Assembly: GCF_006345805.1 (NCBI RefSeq)
Contig: NC_043002.1
Coordinates: forward strand, 35,836,001-35,900,000
DNA from: Octopus sinensis
Lineage: Eukaryota
Direction of reading: 5' to 3'
DNA: 64,000 nt
Positions 1 through 11,785 of the stretch are shown one piece after another; the stretch's first letter is position 1, and every line of letters starts with the position of its first letter. The notes under the pieces are model-generated. The model saw only the letters and a list, made by a program, of their open reading frames with translations, did no database searches and was not told where the DNA came from. Made by a program: the position numbers and the translations under genes.

Positions 1-58
1 TTGGCTATTTGCACGCTCTCAAAAAAAATTAAATTAAATTATTCTGTATAATGGTTTT

Positions 59-214
59 GAATTTTGGTACAAGGCCATCAAGTTTGCTACTTACTTTATC
101 GACTCCGAAAGGATGAAAAGCAAAATTGACCCCAGTAGAATTTGAACGCAAACGTAAAGACGGACGAAATATCGCTAAGCATTTTGCCCGGCGTGCTAAC
201 GATTCTGCCAGCTC
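59..214 (-). mobile_element. SINE family B copy (abundant octopus-type SINE)
   Basis: Reverse complement matches the in-window consensus gctggcagaatcgttagcacgccgggcgaaatgcttagc...ttcatcctttcggggtcgataaa seen in many other copies. Confidence 0.8.
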
Positions 215-662
215 ACGGCCTTAAGCAATTCTGTATAATAAATGTTGTTCTTGCTGCTTAGCTCCAGGTTAATCCTGCTCCACTGAAAGAGTTCCAGCCA
301 CGAAAAATACCACGTCATTTTCAGATGTGGTACATCCAATGTATTTCTCCATTTTAGACTGTAGGGCATGATTTAAGAGAGATTTAGCTGCTGTTTCTCG
401 AAGACTGAGTAATTTGAGTGTTTTTGATCTGTCATTTTGTCCCCTATCCACTTGACCATTCGCACTCTCTTAAAGATGGCTTCAACGTCGGACAAGACGA
501 TTAACATACAGTGGTTCGATCAACTGAATGTTCGATTCATGAATGATATACGTTGTTGCGTTGCTCCGGATCTGCCTTGATGGATCTGATCTATGACTAA
601 CGTCCTTCTAACCATGTCGGTTTCCTCTATTTTCAGATATAATATATCTGAAATTATACAGC

Positions 663-1068
663 GAGCTGGCAGAAACGTTAGCACGCCGGGCGAAATGTGT
701 AGCCGTATTTCGTCTGCCGTTACGTTCTGAGTTCAAATTCCGCCGAGGTCGACTTTGCCTTTCATCCTTTCGGGATCGATAAATTAAGTACCAGTTATGC
801 ACTGGGGTCGATGTAATCGACTTAATCCGTTTGTCTGTCCTTGTTTGTCCTCTCTGTGTTTATCCCCTTATGGGTAGTAAAGAAATAGGTATTTTGTCTG
901 CCGCTACGTTCTGAGTTCAAATTCCGCCGACGTTGACTTTCATCCTTTCGAGGTCGATTAAATAAGTACCAATTACGCACTGGGGTCGATATAATCGACT
1001 TAATCCGTTTGTCTGTCCTTGTTTGTGCCCTCTGTGTGTATCCCCTTGTGGGCAGTAAAGAAATAAGA
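663..1068 (+). mobile_element. SINE family B, well preserved, with tandem duplication of its 3' part
   Basis: Head gagctggcagaaacgttagcacgccgggcg at 663; the segment tacgttctgagttcaaattccgcc...taaagaaata occurs twice (about 720-890 and 905-1066). Confidence 0.85.
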
Positions 1069-2081
1069 TATAATATATTTAGGACTAAATTATTATTATT
1101 TGTTCTTTCTATCTAAGATAGCAAAGTGTGGTTTTTTGAAGATTAGGCTACTTTTCTTGCACATCGTGCGACAACGTTGAGGCTCCCATATAAGTTCCAG
1201 ACGGATAGGCGCTATTTAATTTCCTCACTCTGAAGGGAGTGTGTTGACTGAGAACGTCAGAAATACTTTTTAGAATCTTTGACAATGGAAAATTTTTCTT
1301 TGTCTTTTGCACGAAATGCATGCAGTTAAGTGGGGGATAGCATATAAAGTACAGTGACTCAAAAAGAAATTATAACCAATGAAATTAAACCATTTAATGA
1401 GTAGAAAACGAGTAAGCGTTTCTTTGATGGAAGGTAATGGAAATAATTTCATCTGCTTAAAACTTTTAGAATATTTGACCACAAAACCACAGCGATGATA
1501 TCAGAGAAACCGATGTTACGTGTACAAAGGACAATGTAACATTGTTGACCTGAATAGCTGGATAAACGACCAATCAATTGCCATCAAAATAGAGAAGTAC
1601 TTCTAATAGAGGACGTGGAGTAAATTATTTCGTGTCATTCACTCAAGTAATCGTATACAACACTCCTACATCCTGCTCATATTATTGTTTAGTCCCAGTT
1701 CAATCCTGACCTAGCAGATCTATAATTAAAAAGTATTACAACTATGATTGTCCGTTTGCTATTTTTCTTATTTTTCTCTTTTTAGTTTGTTGTTGTTGTT
1801 GCTGTTGTTGTTGAAACACAGTATATCTATACAGAACTGCATAATTCAACAGATCTTTGTTTTTCTTTTCTAAGACTGTAGGGTGTGCTTTAATGTGGAT
1901 TTGGCTGCCATTTCTAGCGACCACGTAGAGGTTCTCTAGTTGACTCGCCTGAACAGTAGTGACACTTGAGGAGTAGTTAACATTTGACGTCCTAAATCCT
2001 GTCCAAAACAGTCATTATGCAATTATACACAATGAGATCAGCTTTGTATTTCATACTTTCAGGATCGATAAAATAAGGTAC

Positions 2082-2336
2082 TATAGCTTTGTTAAGCTGT
2101 ACACAAACTCGTGGAGACGAGAATGTGTTTATCAATGGTTTATTCCTTTAAGTACATCAGAGCAATAGCCACCAGTTACTTCTGTTTAAATAATTCAGAT
2201 TCATTTAGCACTTACTGCTTATATTATTTTGCTTCTACTTCTCAACCAGAAGTCCCCTTCGCTGTAGACCAGCTCCTTAGCTAGCCCACAAGGAAGTTCC
2301 TGTCTACAGTTCATTTGTCATGAATTCTACCCTGCA
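2082..2336 (-). repeat. 3' LTR of the Gypsy element
   Basis: Aligns along its length with 4657-4916 (e.g. aaactcgtggagacgagaat; cagttacttctgtttaaataattcagattcattta). Confidence 0.9.
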
Positions 2337-2611
2337 TAGCTCCCCGCTAGAACTGTTGATTGTCATTGGAACCGGGAAGGCGTTTTAATTATCCTACCCG
2401 TGCGTATGTTTACTCGGCACTTTGATGACTGTTACTTGTCATGGGTTGTTGTGATCTTCCTGGAACGGCCCCTGTTTGATGGTTGGGCTACCTGAACGGG
2501 GCTGTCAGTATCGAGATGGGCCGGTTTCAACCTATCGATGGAGACTGTGTCTTGACGTCCACCAATCAGGAGTTGAAATGATTTGTCTCCCTAGGATGAC
2601 TGAAGGAATTT

Positions 2612-4585
2612 TCATCGTGTGTCACGTCGAACGAACACAGAGTTAGCCGTGCGGAGGTCGTTCGGTACGGATAAACTGGGTGTACCGTGAGTTGACATGG
2701 GAATAGAGCGCAACTGGCCAACGCTGTCTCTCAGTTGAGCGAGGAACCTTTTGACATCCGGGTCTGTCTTCGTATTCGGAAGGAATACATCTGGCACTAT
2801 AAGAGGGGCACCATACACCATTTCTGCGGAGGAAGTGTTGAAATTTTCTTTTGGGGCGGTGCGGATTCCCAGCATCACCCATGGGAGTTGATCAATCCAA
2901 TTGGGCGCGTTAAGTCTGGTTGTCAAGGAATTCCTTCGGGTGGCGGTGAAATCTCTCCACTAATCCGTTGGCCTATGGATGGTAGACTGTTGTGCGGTTC
3001 ATTGTGATTCCAGAAAGGTCACATATGTCATTCCACAGCTTTGAGGTAAATTGTGGACTCCGATCCGATGAGATCCTGTTTGGGATACCGAAACGGGCAA
3101 CCTAGTTCGTGACGAAGGCTCGGATGACTTCTTGTGTTTCCATGCTGCGGAGAGGAATATCCTCAGGCCACCGGGTGTAGCCATAGCCTAATAATTCAGG
3201 CCTTCCATTATTGGGGCTAGCCAGGGCCTGTTTTGTGAATTCGAAGGCTGAGGTCATTGCACCACCCCACTCCACCTGTCCTTTTGAATCATCTTTTGAC
3301 AGTGCTTTGTATAGGGGTCTCACCACCCTTGCTACAGGAGGGATGAAGCGATGGTAAAAGTTTACCATGCCCACAGATTGGTGTAGAACCTTTCTTGCTG
3401 TGGGGCGTGGAAAAGATAGGATACCTTTTACTTTTTCTGGCAGGGTGTAGCGTCGCCACCAATGATTCGATGTCCCAAGAAGTCGATTTCTGTGACACCA
3501 AAAACGCATTTGGCGGTGTTGATTACTAAGCCATACTGTTCCAGTCTATCAAAAAGAGTCACTAGATGCTTCTTGTGTAGCTCCGCACTTTGGCTTGCAA
3601 TAAGGATATCATCTAAGTAAGCAAAGACGAAATCAAGACCTCTGCACACGGTGTCCATCAAGCGTTGGAAGGATTGTGTTGCGTTTTTCAGACCAAAGGA
3701 TGTACGTAGGAATTTGTATAGTCCGAAAGGAATATTCACAGTGGTTTTTCGGTACATCACCATCTTGTACTGGTATTTGGTGGTAACCTTGGATGAGGTC
3801 AACCTTCGAGAAAACCGAGCACCCGGCAAGCTGGGCTGAAAAATCCTGTATATTCGAAATGGGGTAGTGGTCAGGTGTCGTATCTGCTTTGTGACGGCGG
3901 TAATCTCCGCAGGGTCGATAACCTCCGTTGGGTTTCGGGGCCACATGCAGGGGTGACGACCAGAGATTGCTTGATCGGCAAACTATGCCCAACGCCTCCA
4001 TATTGTCGAACTCGGCCTTTGCAATAGCAAGTTTGTCTGGTGATAGACGAAATACGCGGCAGTGCACTGGGGAACCAGTGGTGTGGATGTGACGTGTTAC
4101 CCCGTTGCGGGTTGTAGGTTTGGAGAATGTCAGGGTAGTGAGTTTGGGGTGACTCGCAAGGAGATTCGAGAATTTGTCCTCAGTCTGCGAGACGGTTGCT
4201 ATGCGGGGCGTGGCATGTGCAGATGTTGCCAGAGACAGGGAAGCGTATATGTTGCTGTTGATAAGTCTTCCTTGCAAATCAAGCAATAGCAAGTGTGCTC
4301 GAAGTTTGCCCCGACAATGGGCTGATGGACATCGGCGATGGTGAATGCCCGTGGGTATTTTTGTTAGCCAATGTTGAGAGAAAGGGTGCGGTGACCGTAT
4401 GCCTCGATTGTAGACCCATAGGCGGCTGTTAAAGGTTGGCTCCGCTTTCCGTAACGGAGGTCCCTTGCTGACGCTGGGATCACCGTGACTTCTGCTCCTG
4501 TATCGATTAGGAACCTATGCCTGGAGCTCTGATCGCGGAAATAGAGGAGCAGATGATCGTGTAGGCCGGCCACTAGGGCATTCAA
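2612..4585 (-). pseudogene. Gypsy pol remnant: aspartic protease, reverse transcriptase, integrase core and C-terminus; frameshifted
   Basis: Protease RFLIDTGAEVTVIP (4364-4585); RT GYRPCGDYRR, FSKVDLIQGYHQIP, PFGL..NA..FQRLMD, FAYLDDILIAS; integrase YTRWPEDIPL and WIDQLPWVMLGIRTAPKE...SSAEMVYG. Confidence 0.92.
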
Positions 4586-4656
4586 TGGCGGCTGCCTCTG
4601 GAGTTTTCTTGGGCCATTCGCGAAGGGGTCCCGAAGCTATATGATTGGTTGCGCTT

Positions 4657-4916
4657 TGTAGCCTTTGTTAAGTTATACACGAATAAACTCGTGGAGACGA
4701 GAATATGTTTATCAAAAGTTTATTTCTTTAGGTACATCAGATTGATAGCCGCCAGTTACTTCTGTTTAAATAATTCAGATTCATTTAACGCTTACTGCTT
4801 ATATTATTTCGCTTCTACTTCTCAACCGGAAGTCCACCTCGCTGCAGACCAGCTCCCCAGCTAGCCTGTTGAAAAGTTTCTGTCTACAGTTCGTCTGTCA
4901 TGAATCCTGCCTTACA
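4657..4916 (-). repeat. 5' LTR of the Gypsy element
   Basis: Begins tgtagcc, ends ccttaca, followed by TSD gtac; diverged from the other LTR by many substitutions and small indels. Confidence 0.9.
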
Positions 4917-5340
4917 GTACCAATCAAGTTCTGGGATTGATTTAATCGTTAGCACCTCCTCCCCAAAAGAGTTTCTGGCTTTATGCCTATGTGAGAAAAC
5001 ATTATTAACATTTACCAAAATTAGAAGCAGTTATTATGATGCATTAAAATGGTAAATTATTGGCAGAATCATTACAATGGAGGACTAAACTTCTTGCGGT
5101 ATTTTTCTCTAAGGGTCTGAACCCAAATTTTTGTAGAGCCAACTTTGTCTTTCTTCCTTTCGATAAAATAAAGCTCAAATTAGATGATGTAGACTTTGAT
5201 ACACAATATTCATTCTTTTCCAAGACGCCGTGATGTCATTTGTGCACTTTTTGTAGAAGATATAACGCTACTATTTTCATATAACGCTACTTATATAGAT
5301 ATTGCAGATAAGATAGTAATACATATTTTTTTAATGTGTA

Positions 5341-5710
5341 ACTAGCACTATGACACGGCAATGCCGGGTCATAGTGCTAGTGCATGCATATACAGCTGCA
5401 TGCGTGCGCACATACACGTGAGTACTGTCAAAATCTCCGACCAATCACATACAGCTAGCTGGCATTTAATTGGCGTATCAAGTTTCGGGCATTTTGATTG
5501 GGTTTTGGATAGAAAATTCATAAAAAAAGTCACTTCTATTGATTTTTTAATGGCTTTGCGGGATGATTGGGGAAATGTAAAGATGTGCACGACCACCCTT
5601 GGACGGTTTTGAATGACCAATGAAAGTGCGAACCCTCTAACTGAAAGATTGTGGATTTGTATAAAGGACACACACAGACATAGACATTTTGACGTTTATA
5701 TATATAGAGA
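5341..5710 (+). mobile_element. Non-autonomous Helitron-like (Lep1/HINE-type) element
   Basis: 5' actagcactatgacacggcaatgccgggtcatagtgctagt hairpin; 3' end acacacagacatagacattttgacgtttatatatatag; same architecture as 31715-32105. Confidence 0.55.
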
Positions 5711-5848
5711 TGATAATTCATGTCATACCACCTCGGAGTTTCACGCTAGTGTAATCGTTAAAGTTGTTTATAAAGTACACACACACACACACACACAGAT
5801 GGATAGGTATATCATATTGTATTATTACATGAAGTTATAAGGCAACGA

Positions 5849-6015
5849 TCTGGCAGAATCGTTAGCACACCGGGCGAAATGTTTAGCGGTATTTCGTCCG
5901 TCTTTACGTTCTGAGTTCAAAATCGAACGTGGTCGACTTTGCCTTTCATCCTTTCGGGGTCGATAAATTAAGTACCAGTGATCGACTTGCTTTCCTGCCA
6001 GATTTCAGGCCTTGT
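5849..6015 (+). mobile_element. SINE family B copy
   Basis: ctggcagaatcgttagcacaccgggcgaaatgtttagcggtatttcgtccgtctttacgttctgagttcaaa. Confidence 0.8.
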
Positions 6016-6790
6016 GATTTTAGTAGAAAGGATAATTACATTAGGTTGTATTGTACTATATTATACGGTTCGAGGTCGAAGCTCTCATTCAGCGTCGGAC
6101 AGTGTGCAATGGTATCAACTCCTAGTCAAGGCTACATTCACCAAATGTATATAAGTATTTTCTCTCTCCGCTCTTTCTTTCTTTCTATCTCTCCCCCCTC
6201 ACACGCACACATGCTTGTGTGCGCCCGCCCGTATATGCATGATGTATGTGTGTTTAACAAGCGACAGAATGAATGAGTAACTAGTTTGAGTTCGTGACCC
6301 TTAGTCATATTGCATTGAGATACGAACTAAGTGTTTTTTAGTCGGTTGATCGATTCTTTACCGACTTGAAAACTGTCTGCATGACTTTTTTTTCTCATGG
6401 TGGGGCGAAAGAGCAAGTTGACCTAGACAGGCTTTGACAACCATATATAACATTCCTGATTAAGTCGGCTTATCAAGTAGCAATGAATTATAACGTGTAT
6501 ATGTGTGTGTTCGTATATGTCTGCATGTATGAATACGTATATGCAAATGTAAGAGTAAGTACATGGTGGCGTGTGTACTTCTGCATGTGCGTGTGTGTGA
6601 AAGAGAGAGAGAGAGAGAGAGAGAGCGTGTGTGTGTGTGTGTGTGCGCGCGTAATTAACAACAATGGGGAAAATAATAAATGCTCTCATGATTATTGATG
6701 GTAGTTTCATAAAATGGCTTAAGTTCATGAGAGTTTAGTAAAATAGTAACTAGCTTTAGTTTGGAATGAAGCTTATATAACGATTTATAA

Positions 6791-7053
6791 GACTGGTTCT
6801 CAAAGTAGGTGATGGAAAGATCCAGTGGGGTGCGTTGAAGGAAAGTTGGACGATATCGGGGTGACCAAAAGGGGGCAGTGGATATAAAACCCCCAAAATA
6901 ATGAGTTAATTAGGTTGTTTTATTTGCGAAATGCAGTTGCGTTGAATTTGCTACAGATAGTGGTCAATGTTTGTAGTGGTGATTAGGGGCGGGCGCTAGG
7001 AATGTAGCCTAGGTGTCAAGGGGGCGGCAGCCTGAAAATTTTGGGAACCACTG
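6791..7053. mobile_element. hAT (Charlie-like) MITE
   Basis: Terminal inverted repeats (TIRs) gactggttctcaaa and tttgggaaccactg; flanking 8-mers atttataa and atctagaa (6/8 match, close to the NTCTAGAN Charlie target). Confidence 0.6.
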
Positions 7054-9199
7054 ATCTAGAATGTTACCTATCATAGCTATGACGTATACCTTTGTTACCT
7101 TCTATAATACCAGGAAATAATACCTGACAGAATAAGTACGTTTTTTTTATAATTTGGTATTTGGGGTGATTTGTTCTACTAAATTCCTCAAAGCGGTGCC
7201 CTAGCATGGCCGCAATCCAGTGACAGAAACAAGTAAAACTAATTTTTAAAAAAATTTAAGCAATAAATATTATCAAGAGAAAGGAATGTCACTCAAGTGT
7301 GTTCTTTTTTCTTTCAAAGAATTGTTTCGTGAAACTTCAAAATAGAAGAAACCAAGAAAGGGAAGAAAAATAGAAGCAACAGATGTTGGTCTTCAAGCGA
7401 CAAGCGGCCATTCCTAAAGTGTGAAAACCACTCGTAAACTTGTTTTGCTCATGCTAGCGTCTTGCAAGCAGTCTAAGGCATGACAACTATTTAAGCCGCC
7501 GTTTTCTGTAACAGAAAACAGAATTTCACGGAAGCACGCTGTTCCTTCGTTTCAGCCATCGCAAAAAGTTGGCCAACTGAGGAGAAGCACTACAAAATAA
7601 AGACGCATCACGTGGAAGTACGACTTCACCCAACGACGCTGGTCGGTATACTAATGTTTTAAGGTCACATCAAGCGGCTTCTAGTGACAGAAGCCTGAAC
7701 TACAACGGACTTGTCCCACAGTGAACGTTTCCGGTTACTTTTGGGTACCCCCTCTCGTATATCGATAAACAAAATTTTGTGAGCACAGGGGGAGGGATTT
7801 CAGAGTAAATTGCTCGTCATCAGCAATAGGCATCCAAGCAGCGAATGTTAGATCGTAAATCATCTCAGTCTATAGGTGCCGGAACAAATGAGGTGGCTAT
7901 AAATGAAGCATCTTTGCTCAAAGGTTCGCTCGATCAAAGACGAGCTAGAACTAAACAAGAGTAAAACAGTAAAAGATGTGTGGTAGACTTAATCCATCAC
8001 CCTCTTTAACATCATCATTGATCCTTGGATGCTTTAACGGAGTCGACTTTGTTGCAGGCATTTGGGTCTGGTGACCGATTCGAGGATAATTTCTTACTCT
8101 CTGCTTACTACTTAGTGAAAGACATGGATACTCCAGTCTCCTCTGAATTTCTCCAGAGTTAAATGTCATTGCTCTGTGGCGTATCAGAATCGGTCGCTAA
8201 TTGTTCTGATTCCATGTGAACCATAGTAGAACTATTCATTTATGTTTTTTTTTTCAGCATATTGTAGACGATATATAAAAATGTTATCAAAGTGCTTTCA
8301 TGTAGTTTTGCTGAACAAATAAGTTTTGGGATCCTACTGACAACCTATCAGACGAAAACAGTTATAATGTTTAGAATACCACACATCTAGGGATGGGCAT
8401 GTTATGGTAGGCTCTGCTTCTCATCTACGTATTTCCGGGTTCGATCCACAGTATAGCAGTTTGGGCGAGTGTCCTACCGTACTTCGGGTCGATCAAATCT
8501 TGTGGAATGAAACTGTGCGGAATGTTACTGGAGAAACTGTTCTTGATATCAGACGCAGGTAGAGTCAGTCGTAAGAGAATGGGATACCTCTTCCGGCTCT
8601 CCGTTCAAATCCCGTCGAGGCCTATTTTGCATTTCTGTTAGAATGACAATGATTTTATAAGATACAAATCAATCATTTAACACGTTTATCACACTTCCAT
8701 ATCCCTTCGCGGTCGATAAAACTATACACTAATCTAGCGCGGTAGATGGGCGGAATTGCAAGAACGTCGGCTCGATGCATTTCGCTAACCAAACCAATGA
8801 CTGTAGATTGTTAAATGGATGGGATACATAGACAACGTAAAGTTCTAGAGGAATACATTATTAGAACAAAAGATTATTTTATTCAATTATTTTATTTTAT
8901 ATCGCAGTTTGTGAACAATAGCGTCGTTGATTTCAGGTTTCCAACGGGTCAGTCATTGGTTTACTGCCTTTCCCACAACTTTACTCACTCACATACACAC
9001 ACACACATAACGGGTTTCGGAACAATCTCCGTCTCCTGAATTTTACTCGCCAGATATTTGCACAAAGAACTGTAGAAGGCCGAACCCAGAAGTAACAGTC
9101 AAGAGTTGGGATGAATCTTATCAACTATAACCACATCTAAAAATTTGAAATTTTGCGCCTATTTTTGAAATCAATATATTATCGGGGAACAGGGTGCGT

Positions 9200-9320
9200 G
9201 CTGGTTGAATCGTAAGCACGCTGAGCGAAATGCTTAGCATCATTCCGTTCCTATTTACGTTCTGAGTTCAAATTCCGCCGCGGTCCACATTGCCTTACTG
9301 TGATCAATGTAATTGACTTT
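9200..9320 (+). mobile_element. SINE family B, diverged and truncated copy
   Basis: gctggttgaatcgtaagcacgctgagcgaaatgcttagc...ttacgttctgagttcaaattccgccg. Confidence 0.7.
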
Positions 9321-9617
9321 AGCCTCAAATTAGACCTAACCAAACAAACATGTGATTGTCCTGTCTTTTCATTTTGAGTTAGACATTGTTTAGCTAGTAT
9401 TATATTTTAATGTGTCCTTTTTTTTTAAAAGAAAAGGAAATAACGAGATTTAGTTGTTATTTCTAACAGGTTGAACAAGCCATTTGCGCATTTTAAAAGT
9501 AGTTGACGTTTCTCATTGACTGCCAGAGAAACAGTAGATTAAATCATATATTATATTCAATTTCATAACTTGATACGAGTTCAAATACTGACGGACAAAT
9601 GTGGCTTTCTTCGGTAA

Positions 9618-9677
9618 ATTATTATTATTATTATTATATTATTATTATTATATTATTATTATTATTATATTATTATT

Positions 9678-9715
<38 letters not shown>
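9618..9715. repeat. (TTA)n tract directly abutting a (TAA)n tract
   Basis: Seen directly; repeat orientation switches at about 9680. Confidence 0.95.
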
Positions 9716-9717
<2 letters not shown>

Positions 9718-10250
9718 GTGGCTCTCATGGCTTCTGATCTTAACTGATTGGAAGTGTTATCATGTACATTGTTTTGTCTTGGTATAAAAGATGGGCTACA
9801 GCAAATATTCTGCTCAATACCACAGATTTGCTTGTCAGTTGTTTGACCTTAACCAGTTGAGCATGTCCCTTAGTGGCTGACGATATGTGCATCTCTGATC
9901 ACGACCAGAAGTAGTGGGGGAGCATCATAGCCATGTGTTGAGAGGGATTCTTTGGGGTTTGAATAGTTCACCTCTGGAAACATGGGTGGTTCTTTCAACA
10001 TCCTTAAACAACCCTTATTCAGGGACCATTTGAGCGGGATGGGCTACTCAACCTGAAGAAAATTCTAACTGGGCCCCGCCTGCAAGGTCATGTGCTGTTT
10101 ATCTTGATATGAGATCACCATGTCGCGCACATATGGTTGTGATGCATGTGCCTGGTGTACCTTTATCAGACGGGTAGTCATGATGGGTATATTGGGCTTC
10201 GTATATTTTACCCCAGTGTCACTTGGATGGCATGAACTGCTCTCTCACTC
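9716..10250. mobile_element. About 530-bp probable retroelement-derived insert embedded in an (AAT)n array
   Basis: Balanced-composition block flanked by (AAT)n on both sides with no recognisable ORF; targeting of (TAA)n is known for R4/Dong-clade non-LTR elements; single copy in this window, family assignment is inference. Confidence 0.4.
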
Positions 10251-10315
<65 letters not shown>

Positions 10316-10359
10316 CAACAACAATGACAACAACAACAACAACAATAATAATAATGATT

Positions 10360-10562
10360 TTAAATTTTACCACAAGAGCAACAGTTTTGGGGGAGTGAGT
10401 ATAGTCGGTTACATCGACCCCAGTACTTGACTGGTACTTAATTTATCGACCTCGAAAGGATGAAAGGCAAAGTCGACCTCGGCGGAACTTGAACTCAGAA
10501 CATTTACACGGACGAAATATTGCTATTTTGATCGGCGTGCTAACGATTCTACAAGCTCGTCG
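10360..10562 (-). mobile_element. SINE family B copy
   Basis: atcgaccccagtacttgactggtacttaatttatcgacctcgaaggatgaaaggcaaagtcgacctcggcggaa. Confidence 0.82.
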
Positions 10563-11255
10563 CTTAATAACAGCAGCAGCAGCAGTAGTAGTAGTAGTAG
10601 TAGTGGTGGTGGTGGTGGTGATGATTTGTACGGATTCCTGGCAGAATATTAGTACTGGCTTGTACATTATTTATCGACCGTGAACGAATGAAAAAGCAAG
10701 CTCAACCTGATCTCATAAAACATTTAATTGGAACGAATGCCATAAGATATATAGTCAGATGCTCTAACGACTCAACCAATTCACTGCAATGTCTATTATT
10801 TCTTCTTATTTATTAATACTGGAATAGGAAGAAAACATACCAAGAGAGTATTGCTATCTCAATTATGTTGAATAACATTTTAGTATTAACATATTCTAGC
10901 TAGCTAGAAATAATTGTGAACTAAAGAGATATCCCTCCAGGACAACACATTTAATTAATCAGTGGCTGTATATATATATATTTTTTTTAATGTTTTCGGC
11001 AAGTAACCAGACACGTTCAGGCATGATTGGGTTTTAACACTGATCTCATCAGTGAAGTAAAGCCTTCACCGTACTTAGTGATGAAAGAATCACTAAATAA
11101 ATGTACCAGATTTGTTCATTGGTTGCCGTTAGAAAACAGAATTGTTTAGACCATAAATTATTCAAAGACACAATCCGCATTAATTATTTCTAGTTAGCTT
11201 TTTAATAGTCATTGGATTCTTTTAATGCAAAATGCCTCTTAGCATTTTTCTCTCT

Positions 11256-11446
11256 ACGCTGGACAAAATGCTTAGAGGTATTTTCGTCCGTCTTTACACT
11301 CTGAGTTCAAACCCCTTAGAAATCGACTTTGCCTTTCAGTCTTTCGGAGGCGATAAAATAAGTACCAGTTGAGTACTGGAGTCGATGTAATCAACAAACT
11401 CTCTTACCCAAAATTTCAGGTCTTGTGCCTATTGTAGGAAGGATTA
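11256..11446 (+). mobile_element. SINE family B copy
   Basis: aaaatgcttagaggtatttttcgtccgtctttacactctgagttcaaa...aaaataagtaccagttgagtactggagtcgatg. Confidence 0.8.
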
Positions 11447-11599
11447 GTTTAAAACAGGGCTCTTAGAATGTTTTTCTTTTTTACTATCGATCCCTTCATG
11501 GAATCCTTGATATCTAAATAATGAAAGCAATACTGATAATTATAAACAATAGTTACAATATCACAGAGAGGAAAAATACTACATAATGTTGGTAATATT

Positions 11600-11785
11600 G
11601 GTTAGGGTTAAATTCTGGCACAAGGCTTCGGAGTAGAGGTAAGTTGATTTCATCGACATCAATACTAAACTAGTACTTATTTTATCGATCCCGAAAGGGT
11701 GAAAGGCAAAATCGACCTCGGTGGAATTTGAACTTAGAATGTAAAAGCTGACAATATGTTGCTAAGCATTTTAACCGGCGTGTAA
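11600..11785 (-). mobile_element. SINE family B copy
   Basis: tagtacttattttatcgatcccgaaagggtgaaaggcaaaatcgacctcggtggaatttgaacttagaa. Confidence 0.78.

Larger units (their letters stand above)
2082..4916 (-). mobile_element. Ty3/Gypsy LTR retrotransposon, degenerate and internally deleted
   Basis: Direct repeats 2082-2336 and 4657-4916 with TG...CA ends (left copy reads TA); 4-bp TSD GTAC at 2078-2081 and 4917-4920; short purine tract (gcggggag on the minus strand) next to the 3' LTR; pol order PR-RT-IN. Confidence 0.93.
2030..4965 (+). mobile_element. SINE family B copy split by the Gypsy insertion (halves at about 2030-2081 and 4917-4965)
   Basis: Left ...ttcatactttcaggatcgataaaataaggtac and right gtaccaatcaagttctgggattgatttaatcg join to give the SINE consensus gtcgataaaataagtaccagttgagtactggggtcgatgtaatcg. 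Confidence 0.75.
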
